Of a stretch of DNA of 40,788 nucleotides, positions 10,431 to 22,550 are shown piece after piece. The DNA lies in the NCBI RefSeq assembly GCF_001194135.2, contig NC_068988.1:42943-83730 (forward strand). Direction: 5' to 3'. Position numbers and translations under genes: made by a program. A model generated the notes under the pieces. That model ran no database searches, was not told the DNA's origin, and was given only the letters and a program-made list of their open reading frames with translations. Every line of letters begins with the position of its first letter. Position 1 is the stretch's first letter. The DNA is from Octopus bimaculoides. Its lineage: Eukaryota.

Positions 10431-11835
10431 GAAACCATAATAATAAAAGCTTGTTGTTGTTTAGTCCCTGTCATCCCTGATCAGGCAATCTGTGGTACCA
10501 AAATAAGCAACCGAACGATGAGGTGTGCCGCACAGCTCCACCTTCATAATAATACAGTACCTTGATTTAGCTGCAAACCATTCTGCACAGTTCCGCAGGC
10601 ATCCTCTAGGCAGCAGCTCGAGTTGAAAGAAATTGCTGCCAAATCTTTCTGAAATACTAAAAATAGTTCAATATACAAAAAAACTAAAAACTGATGGAAA
10701 TAGTTATTATTAAATGGAATCTCCGATTGATCTTTAGATTGCTATCGAATGTGAGATCTGAGGCGAGAAATGATGTTCAGACATTCCTAACAACTTCCAT
10801 TATTGGAGAAGATCCTGAACATTCCAATGGAAATCAAATCGATTCAAATTGACTTGGAGATATGCCAGATCCAATGATCTACATCAACAGAATTATGTAT
10901 ATACTATTGTCAGATCACATGACACCTAAACTGCGCAGGTTAAACATTGACTGATACAGAATAAGTGTGGGGCTGACTGGAAGTAGATTTCGATCAATTA
11001 CGAATATGTATTTACTCGGAAAAAAATCACTCAGCTTCCTTGGCAAAAAAATAAATAAAAGTGTTGCTTTGTGAGATATTTTCTTGGAAAAATCAGTTTT
11101 TAACAAAACAAAGTGCTTTGGAAATTAGGACTTTTCTTCTGCACAGAATGCTTTAAAAACTAATACCATTATCTTGATTAAACAACAATATTTTCTCTTA
11201 AATTACAATTGTAACGAAAATAATTTTCACTGAAAACACTAAGTTCTTGTTTAATTCAATAATTCTGACGATAATGGGATGAAATTTGCAAATTTGCGTA
11301 TCTCACCGAGTTCGTAAAATCTTTCTAACGTCTTCATAAAGATGAAAAAAATGGTGCTGATTTATAACAATTCAAAACGGAAGAATTCTGTTTCAATTAT
11401 GGGCGTTGAGTTTGCGTCAGCATCCAGCCTCCCTACTCTAACTTTTACATTGATGATGCCTTCTTCGTCACGAATAGAAAGTCTCGTTATCTTTACCACA
11501 GCCCTGGTGGTCCATTTTGAATTTCTGAACCAAAAATCAACGAATTTGACTCGTGTATTTGTTTTACAAGCATCTTGACGTGAATCTCTGTGTTGAAATA
11601 TATCTTGTTGTATCTTGGGAGGGTCATTGTGCCAATTATAAACACGCCCTGGTTCTATTTCTCTTCTGTATTTTTGTCAACTGGTTAACCATCTAACCCA
11701 TTGACTAATCGATATATATATAGATATATATGCATACACATACGCACAAACGCGCGCACACATATATACGTTCACACACACTCACACATACATGTGTGGG
11801 TGTGTAGATACTTACATATACATATATAAATGTTA

Positions 11836-12205
11836 GGCGCAAGAGTGGCAGTGTGGTGAGAATCTTGCCTCCCAGCCTCATGCGTGGTACCTTGGGCAAG
11901 TGTCTTCTACTATAGCCTCAGGCCGACCAAAGCCCTTGTCAGTTGATTTGGTAGATGAAAACTAACCGAAGCCCGTCATGTGTATGTATGTATGTATGTA
12001 TGTATGTATGTATGTATGTATGTATGTATTCATGCATGTGTTTGTTCCCTTATGTTGATGTGTTTACGTTCCCGTAAAATAGCGGTTCGGCAAAAGAGAC
12101 CGATAAAGTAAGTACTAGGTTTACAATGAATAAGTCCTGGAGTCGATTTGTTCGGCAAAAGGCGATGCTCCAGCATGGCAGCAGTCAAATGACTGAAACA
12201 CAGGA
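11836..12205 (+). mobile_element. Composite SINE: family A head + (TATG)n + family C tail
   Basis: Head at 11836-11977, microsatellite at about 11978-12030, C module at about 12040-12205. Confidence 0.75.
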
Positions 12206-12270
12206 ACATAAGGGAACACAGACACACAAATACATACATACATGCATACATACATATACATACATACATG

Positions 12271-12332
<62 letters not shown>

Positions 12333-13049
12333 NNNNNNNNNNNNNNNNNNNNNNNNNNNNNNNNNNNNNNNNNNNNNNNNNNNNNNNNNNNNNNNNNNNN
12401 NNNNNNNNNNNNNNNNNNNNNNNNNNNNNNNNNNNNNNNNNNNNNNNNNNNNNNNNNNNNNNNNNNNNNNNNNNNNNNNNNNNNNNNNNNNNNNNNNNNN
12501 NNNNNNNNNNNNNNNNNNNNNNNNNNNNNNNNNNNNNNNNNNNNNNNNNNNNNNNNNNNNNNNNNNNNNNNNNNNNNNNNNNNNNNNNNNNNNNNNNNNN
12601 NNNNNNNNNNNNNNNNNNNNNNNNNNNNNNNNNNNNNNNNNNNNNNNNNNNNNNNNNNNNNNNNNNNNNNNNNNNNNNNNNNNNNNNNNNNNNNNNNNNN
12701 NNNNNNNNNNNNNNNNNNNNNNNNNNNNNNNNNNNNNNNNNNNNNNNNNNNNNNNNNNNNNNNNNNNNNNNNNNNNNNNNNNNNNNNNNNNNNNNNNNNN
12801 NNNNNNNNNNNNNNNNNNNNNNNNNNNNNNNNNNNNNNNNNNNNNNNNNNNNNNNNNNNNNNNNNNNNNNNNNNNNNNNNNNNNNNNNNNNNNNNNNNNN
12901 NNNNNNNNNNNNNNNNNNNNNNNNNNNNNNNNNNNNNNNNNNNNNNNNNNNNNNNNNNNNNNNNNNNNNNNNNNNNNNNNNNNNNNNNNNNNNNNNNNNN
13001 NNNNNNNNNNNNNNNNNNNNNNNNNNNNNNNNNNNNNNNNNNNNNNNNN

Positions 13050-13390
13050 TAGTCTTCTTAAAAAAAAAAAAGAAATCCATAACTTATTCCATGTTAAAGT
13101 TGTCGTATTTCTGTAATTTCAACCAATCACTGACGTCCATTCAGCCGATATACATTAAGTGCCGACTACATAAACAAACGATTCTGAAACAATTAACCCT
13201 AACCCTAACCCTAACTCTAACCCTAACCCTAGGGTTAGGGTTAGGGTTAGGGTTAGGGTTAGGGTTAGGGTTAAAGCAAATTTAAAATGAAAAAAGCAAA
13301 TAAAACGAAGGTATGGAGATTAAATACGCTTTACATCGCTTAATCAGCCAAAGGAGTAAATATAAACAACTGAATACTTGTTATTTTTTA
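13050..13390 (+). mobile_element. Telomeric-repeat-carrying MITE, copy 1 (left end in gap, right end cut by a SINE)
   Basis: Shares tagtcttctta.., catgttaaagttgtcgtatttctgtaatttcaaccaat.. and tggagattaaatacgctttaca..gccaaaggagtaa..ctgaatacttgt with 28832-29461. Confidence 0.75.
13193..13274. repeat. Interstitial telomeric palindrome (TAACCC)6-TA-(GGGTTA)7
   Basis: Direct reading; centred on ccctaggg at 13227-13234; one unit is taactc. Confidence 0.95.
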
Positions 13391-13399
13391 TCATTAACC

Positions 13400-13735
13400 A
13401 ATTTCAGTCATGAGACTACGGCCATGCTGGGGCACCGCTTTGAAGAATTCTAGTTGGACATGTCAACCCCAGTTGTTACTTTTTAAAGTCTGTTACTTAT
13501 TCTGTCGGTGACTTTTGGTTACGGGGACATAAACAAACCAACATCAATTGTCAAGCGATGGTTAGGGACAAAGACATAAAGACGCGCGCGCGCACACATA
13601 CAACGAGCTTTTTTCAGTTTCCGTCTACCAAATCCACTCACAAAGCTTTGGTCGGACACTTGCCCAAGGTGCCACACAGTGGGACTTAACCCAGAACCAT
13701 GTGGTTGGGAAGCAAGCTTCTTACCACAGAGACAC
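13400..13735 (-). mobile_element. Composite SINE A+microsatellite+C
   Basis: C module reversed, then cgcgcgcacaca, then A head reversed. Confidence 0.75.
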
Positions 13736-14134
13736 GATAATTTTTGTATGGGTCTCCGTTGGCCACTGTCAACCACGAATCTGTACATCTAAGTGCAAGG
13801 CTGGGCAAGACTTCTTGAAGAAGACTTGCAATTGGCCATGCGCCTCCTCGCTGCCGATGTTTGTCCAAGAGAAACGCCGTCGATCTGGGCAGATTCAACA
13901 TGGCACCATTGTCGTCGCAGAGATGTTTATGTCAGAACGCAACGAACCGGAACAGACACTGCAAGGTATTTTGCCCGACCGTGTCTAACCGCCACCAATC
14001 CACCACCTGGATTCGTACTTTGAAAGGATGAAAGACAAAGTTGACCTTGGTGGGATTTGATCTCAGAGTGTACAGAATTGGAACAAAACTCTAGCAAGTC
14101 GGGCAATTCGCTGCTTTAATAAGGGTTTGGCTTG

Positions 14135-14400
14135 AGTGGAGAGGATGCGCAGTTCTCGATCGTAAGGTCGTGAGTTCGATATCCTGCAGCGCGTTGCATC
14201 CTTGAGCAAGACGCGATGTTCCAATCAAGTCAACTCAACTGGCAAAAATGAGTTGTACTCATAATTCAAATGGGGCCAGCCTCTCAGTCTCCACGAGAGC
14301 TACATTAATGGCACGCGTGTCTGGATTGCTCGGTCATTTTCACGTTCATTTCTCAAACAAGCTGTTCCGTTGGTAGGAACGACTCGAACGCACGCTATCT
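14135..14400 (+). mobile_element. Degenerate tRNA/CORE-like SINE (family B relative)
   Basis: gcagttctcgatcgtaaggtcgtgagttcgat..gttgcatccttgagcaagac, with a body shared with 2192-2555. Confidence 0.6.
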
Positions 14401-14929
14401 TAACCCCTGGGGTGTCAGTTAGTTTTTAGTCTGGGTTCTCAATGAATATAGAAAAGAAAAAAGACGGGATGGTCATGACTGGAAGCACGAATGGACTTAA
14501 AAATTGCCCGGTTTAAGCACCACATATTGGCTCTTTAAGAACTACAAACACCGTCGCCAGTATTCGAACCAGATATCTCTCTATTTTAAGAATATGTCAG
14601 TATCTTCTCGAAGAGATTTTTTTTTACTATGGTAATCAATAAGTTTTGCTGTCTTCTTTCTCTTTTTCTTTTCTTTTCGCAATAGTCTCGGAAGACCTGC
14701 ACAATGACCACGAGTGCTACCCCTGCTTGTTCTGGTTAAGCCGTATGTATGCACGTATGTACGTATGTGTGTGTGTGTGTGGGGGGTTTCTTTTTTTTAA
14801 TTTAGAGCAAATTCTGATCGGCCACCGACTTTGTAGCAACGTTGTGAAGGAAAGCATCTTGTTTTGTCCCTCGTCCTTTAAGTCTTAACAAGATCTCGCA
14901 GATTTGTTTTTTGTTCGGGATATAGGGAT

Positions 14930-15500
14930 CATTTACAGCGTATCGAGTAAGGAGTTGCATTCTCTCCGCAAGAACCTAATTTCAGCCATACTTGGTTCCA
15001 GACGTGTTAGTATGTATCCAGTTGCTCCAATAATAATAGATTTTAAGGTAAAGGTGTAACTTGGGTACTGGATTTGAAAAGTCTTTATCAAAGGTCCAAA
15101 GATATTTTCATCCTCCCTTATTTTCCAAACCCCGTTGGCTTCCAGAAGGCAACTGGTTTTCACAACAAAGCACACCTTTTCTTGAGATCACATACAGCGA
15201 TGTATGACTAGTTGGGATCCAGCTTTATGACTGTTTTAATTTTAAAGTTCCACTAATATTCTTTTCACCCATCAACTTCAATTTAGACAACTTCATCTGT
15301 TGGTGCTTTTCTTTCCATATTCCGTTCTGGCCACCGCATCATGCCTCATGGGAAGATAACATCTGGAAGACATTCTCTCGCAGTTTGGCAATTATGCGCT
15401 TGATGCGCTCAGCCTTGATTTTGCGCAGACGACATTTCTTGTCTGTCAACATTTTCAGCCTTTTATGTTGCAGGCACTTGGAGGGGATTTCCCGTTCTTG
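14930..15500 (-). mobile_element. Older R4/Dong-like RLE LINE relic
   Basis: With frameshifts and stops: QEREIPSKCLQHKR..KKCRLRK..ERIKRII / NCERMSSRCYLPMRHDAVART (CCHC knuckle plus RHD) / KEY*WNFKIKT.. / KVCFVVKTSC..FGPLIKTFQIQYPSYTFTLKSIIIGATGY..*. Confidence 0.75.
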
Positions 15501-16756
15501 AGTCGAACTGAATTAAATTGAATTGAATTGTATGTATGTGTGTATGTATGTATGTATGTATGCATGTATGTATATATGTATGTATGTTTGTATGTATGTA
15601 TGTGTGTGTAAGTATGTGTGTGTGTATGTATGTATGTATGTACGTGCGTATGTATGTACGTCTGTGTGTACGCGTGTGTATGTGTAAGCATGTACGTGAA
15701 TACATGTGTACATTTACACGTACGTATGCTCACGTGTATACATGCGTTTGTACACGTATATATGTGTTTATATATATGTGTGTNNNNNNNNNNNNNNNNN
15801 NNNNNNNNNNNNNNNNNNNNNNNNNNNNNNNNNNNNNNNNNNNNNNNNNNNNNNNNNNNNNNNNNNNNNNNNNNNNNNNNNNNNNNNNNNNNNNNNNNNN
15901 NNNNNNNNNNNNNNNNNNNNNNNNNNNNNNNNNNNNNNNNNNNNNNNNNNNNNNNNNNNNNNNNNNNNNNNNNNNNNNNNNNNNNNNNNNNNNNNNNNNN
16001 NNNNNNNNNNNNNNNNNNNNNNNNNNNNNNNNNNNNNNNNNNNNNNNNNNNNNNNNNNNNNNNNNNNNNNNNNNNNNNNNNNNNNNNNNNNNNNNNNNNN
16101 NNNNNNNNNNNNNNNNNNNNNNNNNNNNNNNNNNNNNNNNNNNNNNNNNNNNNNNNNNNNNNNNNNNNNNNNNNNNNNNNNNNNNNNNNNNNNNNNNNNN
16201 NNNNNNNNNNNNNNNNNNNNNNNNNNNNNNNNNNNNNNNNNNNNNNNNNNNNNNNNNNNNNNNNNNNNNNNNNNNNNNNNNNNNNNNNNNNNNNNNNNNN
16301 NNNNNNNNNNNNNNNNNNNNNNNNNNNNNNNNNNNNNNNNNNNNNNNNNNNNNNNNNNNNNNNNNNNNNNNNNNNNNNNNNNNNNNNNNNNNNNNNNNNN
16401 NNNNNNNNNNNNNNNNNNNNNNNNNNNNNNNNNNNNNNNNNNNNNNNNNNNNNNNNNNNNNNNNNNNNNNNNNNNNNNNNNNNNNNNNNNNNNNNNNNNN
16501 NNNNNNNNNNNNNNNNNNNNNNNNNNNNNNNNNNNNNNNNNNNNNNNNNNNNNNNNNNNNNNNNNNNNNNNNNNNNNNNNNNNNNNNNNNNNNNNNNNNN
16601 NNNNNNNNNNNNNNNNNNNNNNNNNNNNNNNNNNNNNNNNNNNNNNNNNNNNNNNNNNNNNNNNNNNNNNNNNNNNNNNNNNNNNNNNNNNNNNNNNNNN
16701 NNNNNNNNNNNNNNNNNNNNNNNNNNNNNNNNNNNNNNNNNNNNNNNNNNNNNTAA

Positions 16757-17081
16757 TAACAATTAAAACTAAACAATTTAAAACTCCCAATAGGAGAGGC
16801 GCTTTAAGGAGCTCATGGAAAACCCCACAAAAGTCAAGGTCAAGGTGCCTGAAGAACAGGGCAAGAGCCCTTCTCCTTTGATTCCTTTTTTACAGGTGTA
16901 TGTTCAGATGTGACCCTTTCACACTGGCCCTTCTTCCAGCATTCACCACCCCCTTTCAACAAACTTGTTACAAGTCAATACTTCCCTCTCCAACCTCAAC
17001 TTCCTTTTCAAGTGAAACTTGAAAAAGTTGATGAGGGCTTGGCCAAAGAGGAAAGTGTCTGCCTTTTCGCTAATGATTTCA
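16757..17081 (-). mobile_element. Tx1/L1-like LINE ORF2 C-terminus + 3' UTR (fragment b)
   Basis: ADTFLFGQALINFFKFHLKRKLRLEREVLTCNKFVER / VNAGRRASVKGSHLNIHL* (stop at 16890-16892). Confidence 0.65.
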
Positions 17082-17590
17082 TTTATTTGCCAGTAGAATG
17101 AAGGATGGCGGGGACAATACAAAGACAGACACAAAGTGTTGGGGTTTTGCCTATAATGAAATGATAAAATATATAAATGAATAACAAAAAAAGAAAAAAA
17201 AACAGTCAATATGCCCGGTATACAATGAAAAGGAAAAGAAATACACCAGGTATACAAATGTTAAAAAAAGGGAATAATGATGGAGATGTAGTCCTCCTGA
17301 AACAGGATAACTTCTGGGGATAATCGAGGAAGCCCACTGTCCGAGATTTCTCTGAACACCGAGGACAAGTGCCCTCCACCAATTCCCTTTCTCCGACTCA
17401 CAGGTCTACTGTTAGAGAGGTACCATCCACTCTTGCCATTTTCGCAACTTTCAACCACCTTTCGATAAACTCAGTCGAGGACAACACTTCCATCTCGATC
17501 CTCAATTCCCTTTTCAAATGAACCTTTCAACCTCTTTCGCCACAGCCTCCAGGCAAAAGAGAACTAACTGCCTTTCCTGTCCGATTAAAG
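17082..17590 (-). mobile_element. Tx1/L1-like LINE ORF2 C-terminus + 3' UTR (fragment a)
   Basis: LVLFCLEAVAKEV / VHLKRELRIEMEVLSSTEFIERWLKVAKMARVDGTSLTVDL* (stop at 17398-17400). The T-rich UTR ends in AATAAA at 17082-17087. Confidence 0.65.
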
Positions 17591-18079
17591 GAAGCAGGGG
17601 CGGGGTAATGATGGTGGTGGTGGTGGTGGAGATGGTAATGGTGATGGTGGTGGTGGTGGTGGTGGTAATGGTGATGGTGATTGTGATGAAGATGATGACG
17701 GTGATAATGATTTCAAATTTGGGCACAAGGCCAGCTGTTTCGTGGGATGAGTTGAGTACATCCAGCCAACACTTGACTGCTACTTATTTAATCGACCCGG
17801 GGCTGGTTAGAAACAAACTCTGAAACCCCCATATATATATTAAAAATTTTCTAAAATTTTTTAATTGTGGGAGCCAAGGCAAGAGATGCTAGAATTGGCT
17901 TTGATTATAAATTGATAAATTGATTGGTTTTGAAGGAAGCGTTTAAACAGGAGGAGAGGAATTACGAGCCGAGCGAGAATAGGTTGGAAAAGAAAAGAGT
18001 TTTATAAAGGAAAAAAAAAAGAACAAAAAAACTTTCCATATTTAGAATGAGAAAAGAAGAAGAAAAAATAAAGAATTAG

Positions 18080-18167
18080 ATTATGTGTGTGTGTGTGTTA
18101 CACACACGCGTGCTAATACATATATTAACACACACACACACATACATACATATGTGTGTGTTTGCAC

Positions 18168-18198
<31 letters not shown>

Positions 18199-18206
18199 TA
18201 ATACTT

Positions 18207-18254
<48 letters not shown>

Positions 18255-18633
18255 ATATATATATACATATATATATATTATATATATATATACATATGTA
18301 TGTATGTGTATATAGGTAAGTATTATGTGTGTATATANNNNNNNNNNNNNNNNNNNNNNNNNNNNNNNNNNNNNNNNNNNNNNNNNNNNNNNNNNNNNNN
18401 NNNNNNNNNNNNNNNNNNNNNNNNNNNNNNNNNNNNNNNNNNNNNNNNNNNNNNNNNNNNNNNNNNNNNNNNNNNNNNNNNNNNNNNNNNNNNNNNNNNN
18501 NNNNNNNNNNNNNNNNNNNNNNNNNNNNNNNNNNNNNNNNNNNNNNNNNNNNNNNNNNNNNNNNNNNNNNNNNNNNNNNTATATATATACATATATATAT
18601 ATATATAATACATGTGTGTATATACAAGTATGC

Positions 18634-18685
<52 letters not shown>

Positions 18686-18690
18686 GTAGG
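18080..18690. repeat. Compound (CA/TA)n and (GATA)n microsatellites around a gap
   Basis: Direct reading; other GATA arrays at 19203-19325, 19817-19890 and 39188-39241. Confidence 0.95.
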
Positions 18691-19204
18691 TAGGTAGAGT
18701 GATGCATGTAGATAGAAAAGTGGGAGAGGTCCATGAAAGTAATAACTATGAAAGAAACAAAAACAGAGACCTCGGGGCAGATTAATCGATCGATTGATTG
18801 ATTTGATCGATCGGTCGATCGATAAAGAGATAGATACAAAGAGTTCTGATATGGTCATCTTCCCATTTAATCTTTAGGAGATCGATAAAATAAAGTACTA
18901 TGTTGTATTGAAAGAAATTACTGAATTGAAGAAAATTTAGGTTGATGGAATCGACATCTTACGTTCTCTGAGGAATAGATTGACAAGCTAATAGATTGAT
19001 CAATTAATGGATAAAGGGATGTATCGATGGATTGATTGATTGATTGACTGATTGATTGATAGGTGGATGTATGGATTAATGGATGGTCAGTGGCGTTGTT
19101 CCGTTTAGGTTCTTTTGGAAGGACGAGATAAGGGTCAGATAAATTATTGAGTAGATGTGATTTAGCTTCTACAGATTGTGTGTAAACTTATTGAACACAT
19201 GGAC

Positions 19205-19251
<47 letters not shown>

Positions 19252-19284
19252 TAGATAGACAGACAGATAGATAGACAGACAGAC

Positions 19285-19319
<35 letters not shown>

Positions 19320-19325
19320 TAGATA

Positions 19326-19815
19326 CATTTCTTTTATTAGCCACACAGGGCTCAACGAAGATGGGACAAATACAATGTAGAGCTTTTCTTTTTGGGAGGG
19401 GGAAAGAGAAANNNNNNNNNNNNNNNNNNNNNNNNNNNNNNNNNNNNNNNNNNNNNNNNNNNNNNNNNNNNNNNNNNNNNNNNNNNNNNNNNNNNNNNNN
19501 NNNNNNNNNNNNNNNNNAAGGGTGATCAATAGGGATCGTGTATCACACAGTAATGTTCTCGTGTAAAAGGAGGGGAGGACAGTTTAGGTTTGGCCGTGGA
19601 AAGAAAAGCCTGCGGAAAAGACCACTGTAACCTTGGTCAATATTCTCATTGAAGAAACTATAACAGTAAGTGACTCTCTTTTGCCTTTTTGTTTTCTTTT
19701 GTTTTTTCTTGGATTTTTTTATTTTTTTAATTTTTTTTTTTAGTTCATAGGGTTATGCTCAAGATGGCTCCGTCGTTCACATGTGCCATCCTTGCTACAT
19801 TCACCCATCTTTTTT

Positions 19816-19816
<1 letters not shown>
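19326..19816 (-). mobile_element. Severely 5'-truncated Tx1/L1-like LINE inside a (GATA)n array
   Basis: KRWVNVARMAHVNDGAILSITL* (stop at 19745-19747), homologous to the two fragments above. The UTR ends ..ggctaataaaagaaat, and GATA repeats abut both ends. Confidence 0.65.
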
Positions 19817-19860
<44 letters not shown>

Positions 19861-20606
19861 TGATAGATAGATAGATAGATGGGACAAATAGATAGATAGG
19901 AAAGCTATAATCTTAGACCAGGCAGGTTTAGGTCTAACTGAAGAGAAATCAGCCCGGAGACCAACAGCAGAAAACTAGAATATGTAAAGTTAGAAACATT
20001 GTCCCATTCTATAGGAAGGGGCATCCCAGATGGACAGATCCACTGAGGTTTTTCTTGTCTTGACTGTTTGGCATAGAAACTATTGAAGCCAGTGCTTTCG
20101 AATAGTAGTAAGCTATACTGGTTTGCCTCAGCAGCAGTCAAAGCGAAGAGATCCTAGCGCAGAACTGTCGGTCGGGCAGGCGAGCGGCCGTAATGCATAG
20201 AACGAATAGAGTCTCATACAGCGAGGAGAAAAACTATGAGAAAATATAAACAGAGCCGAACTGGATGTTGCGACGATGCTTGGGTTTAACAGAGGAATGA
20301 AAGGGTGGACGAAAGCAGAAAAGACGGAGACAATCGTTTGAGAGAAGAGAGATGAGGCTGATGTGTGATGCTGGTCGTCCTACGAAAGAATAACAGCCGA
20401 AATATTCGTTTTAAAGAGGTAGGTATTAATTATATATATGTATATACATACACACACACTCACACTCACTTACACACACATACACACATATATGTTTACA
20501 TACATACACAAATATACGTATATGTGTATATAGTTTGTTCCCTTAGAGGTAGGATCAACAAAAATAGTAAATATTGAAACTGTGTTAGTGTGTGTGTTTG
20601 TGTACA

Positions 20607-20655
<49 letters not shown>

Positions 20656-21030
20656 GAATAAACATATGTAGCCTGGATTTTATCGACTCGATTCCTTAAA
20701 TTTGGATGTATGTATGTATGTATTTGTATATATATATATGTATGTATATGTAAGCATAAATATACATACATATATATACATATATATACGTGTGTGTATA
20801 TATATGTATATATACACGTGTATATATGCATATATATATGTATGTGTATATATGTATATGTGTATATGTACATATATGTATATATATATATATATATGTA
20901 TATACATATGCATATACACACACATATATGTATATACATGTATACATACATACAACGTGTTCATATATGCATACATAAACAGAAGCACGCGCATATACAA
21001 ACGCGCGCAACGAGAGGGAAAGAGAGAGGA

Positions 21031-21083
<53 letters not shown>

Positions 21084-21478
21084 TGAAAGATCCAAAGGGA
21101 TTGCCTCATCTATGCATGCGTGTATGTAGTCTTTTATTCTGTTCTTCTTTAATTCTTTAAATGGTTTCAGTCGCAGGACTGCGGCCATGCAGGAGCACCG
21201 GCCTAAATTTGTTTTTTTTTTGTTAGTTTTGTTGTTGCTTTATGATTGAAAGTTGATCGATGATCGAGTTTGTAGTTTTGCTGATCTCTTCTGAATAATA
21301 TATGTATGCATATGTATGTGTGTACGTGTGTATGTGTATATGTACGTATGTTTGTATGTATGTATTATGTATGTATATGTATGTGTGTACGTGTGTATGT
21401 GTATATGTACGTATATTTGTATGTATGTATTATGTAATCATATGTGCGTGTACGTGTGTATGTATATGTGTACGTGTG

Positions 21479-21521
<43 letters not shown>

Positions 21522-21669
21522 ACGTGTGTATGTGCGCTTATGTATGTATATATGTATATTTGTGTGTTATGTATACGTATATATGTGTGTGAGCGCGCGC
21601 GTGTATAGATAAATAAATATATGAATACATGCATGTGTAGATGTATGTATGTGCGCATGTACATGTGTA

Positions 21670-21704
<35 letters not shown>

Positions 21705-21710
<6 letters not shown>

Positions 21711-21910
21711 ATCCCCCCACGGTCGCTTGACAACCGATGCTGGTGTGTTTACCTCCCCATAACCCAGCAGTTCGAGCGAAAGCGACCAATAAAATAAGTA
21801 CAAGGCTTACACAGAATTAGTCCTGGGGCCGATTTCTGTGACTAAAAAAAACCCCTTTAAGGCGGTGCTCCAGCATGGCCGATGTCAGATGCCTGAAACA
21901 AGAAACAAAA
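21705..21910 (+). mobile_element. Family C SINE module after a long TATG/TA/TG array
   Basis: cgcttgacaaccgatgctggtgtgttt...ggcggtgctccagcatggcc..ctgaaacaag. Confidence 0.75.
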
Positions 21911-22059
21911 TAACAGAATATATGTACTTATGTGTGTGTGAGGGTGTGTGTGTGTGTGTGTGCATGTGCGTGTGTGTGTGTGTATATAGGTGTATCAATG
22001 TATATGAGTGTAATTGAAAAAGCATATAAAGCAGAGGTGTATGTTTTGATATCCTTTCT

Positions 22060-22284
22060 ACTAAAGACACAAGGCCGGGAATCTGGGCGTGGGGGGGGGG
22101 AATTAACTGATTACATCGACTCCAGTATGCAACTGGTACTTAATTTATCGACCCTGAAAGAATGAAAGGCAAAGTCGAGCTCGGCAGAATTTGAACTCAG
22201 AACATAAAGTCTTATAAAATACGGCTCAGCATTTTGCTCGTCGTGCTAACGACTCTGCCAGCTCGACGCCTTAATAGTAATAAC

Positions 22285-22350
<66 letters not shown>

Positions 22351-22550
22351 TTTTGCCTTGAGGGCAGCTTGGAAGAGGGGATTAAGTCGATTACATTGAC
22401 CCTAATGTTTCACTGGTACTTAATTTATTGACCCCCGAAAGGATGAAAGGCAAAGTCGACCATGGCGGAATTTGAACTCAGAACGTAACGGCAGACGAAA
22501 TACCGCTAAGCGTTTCGCCTGGCGCGCTAACGACTCTGCCAACTCGCCAC
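22060..22550 (-). mobile_element. Two tandem family D SINEs separated by (AAT)n
   Basis: Copies at about 22060-22270 and 22350-22550, with (AAT)n at about 22275-22350. Confidence 0.8.

Noticed and set aside
13227-13234. Ancient telomere-telomere fusion site
   Set aside because: The polarity is CCCTAA then TTAGGG, the reverse of a fusion scar, and the tract lies in a repeated element.
13701-14023. Overlapping GC-richer ORFs of 71-95 aa
   Set aside because: No recognisable domain in six frames; partly SINE-derived; left unassigned.
20496-21733. ORFs of YI/HT/CV/MY repeats (and poly-I/L/N ORFs elsewhere)
   Set aside because: They are translations of TA, CA, TATG, GA and ATT microsatellites.
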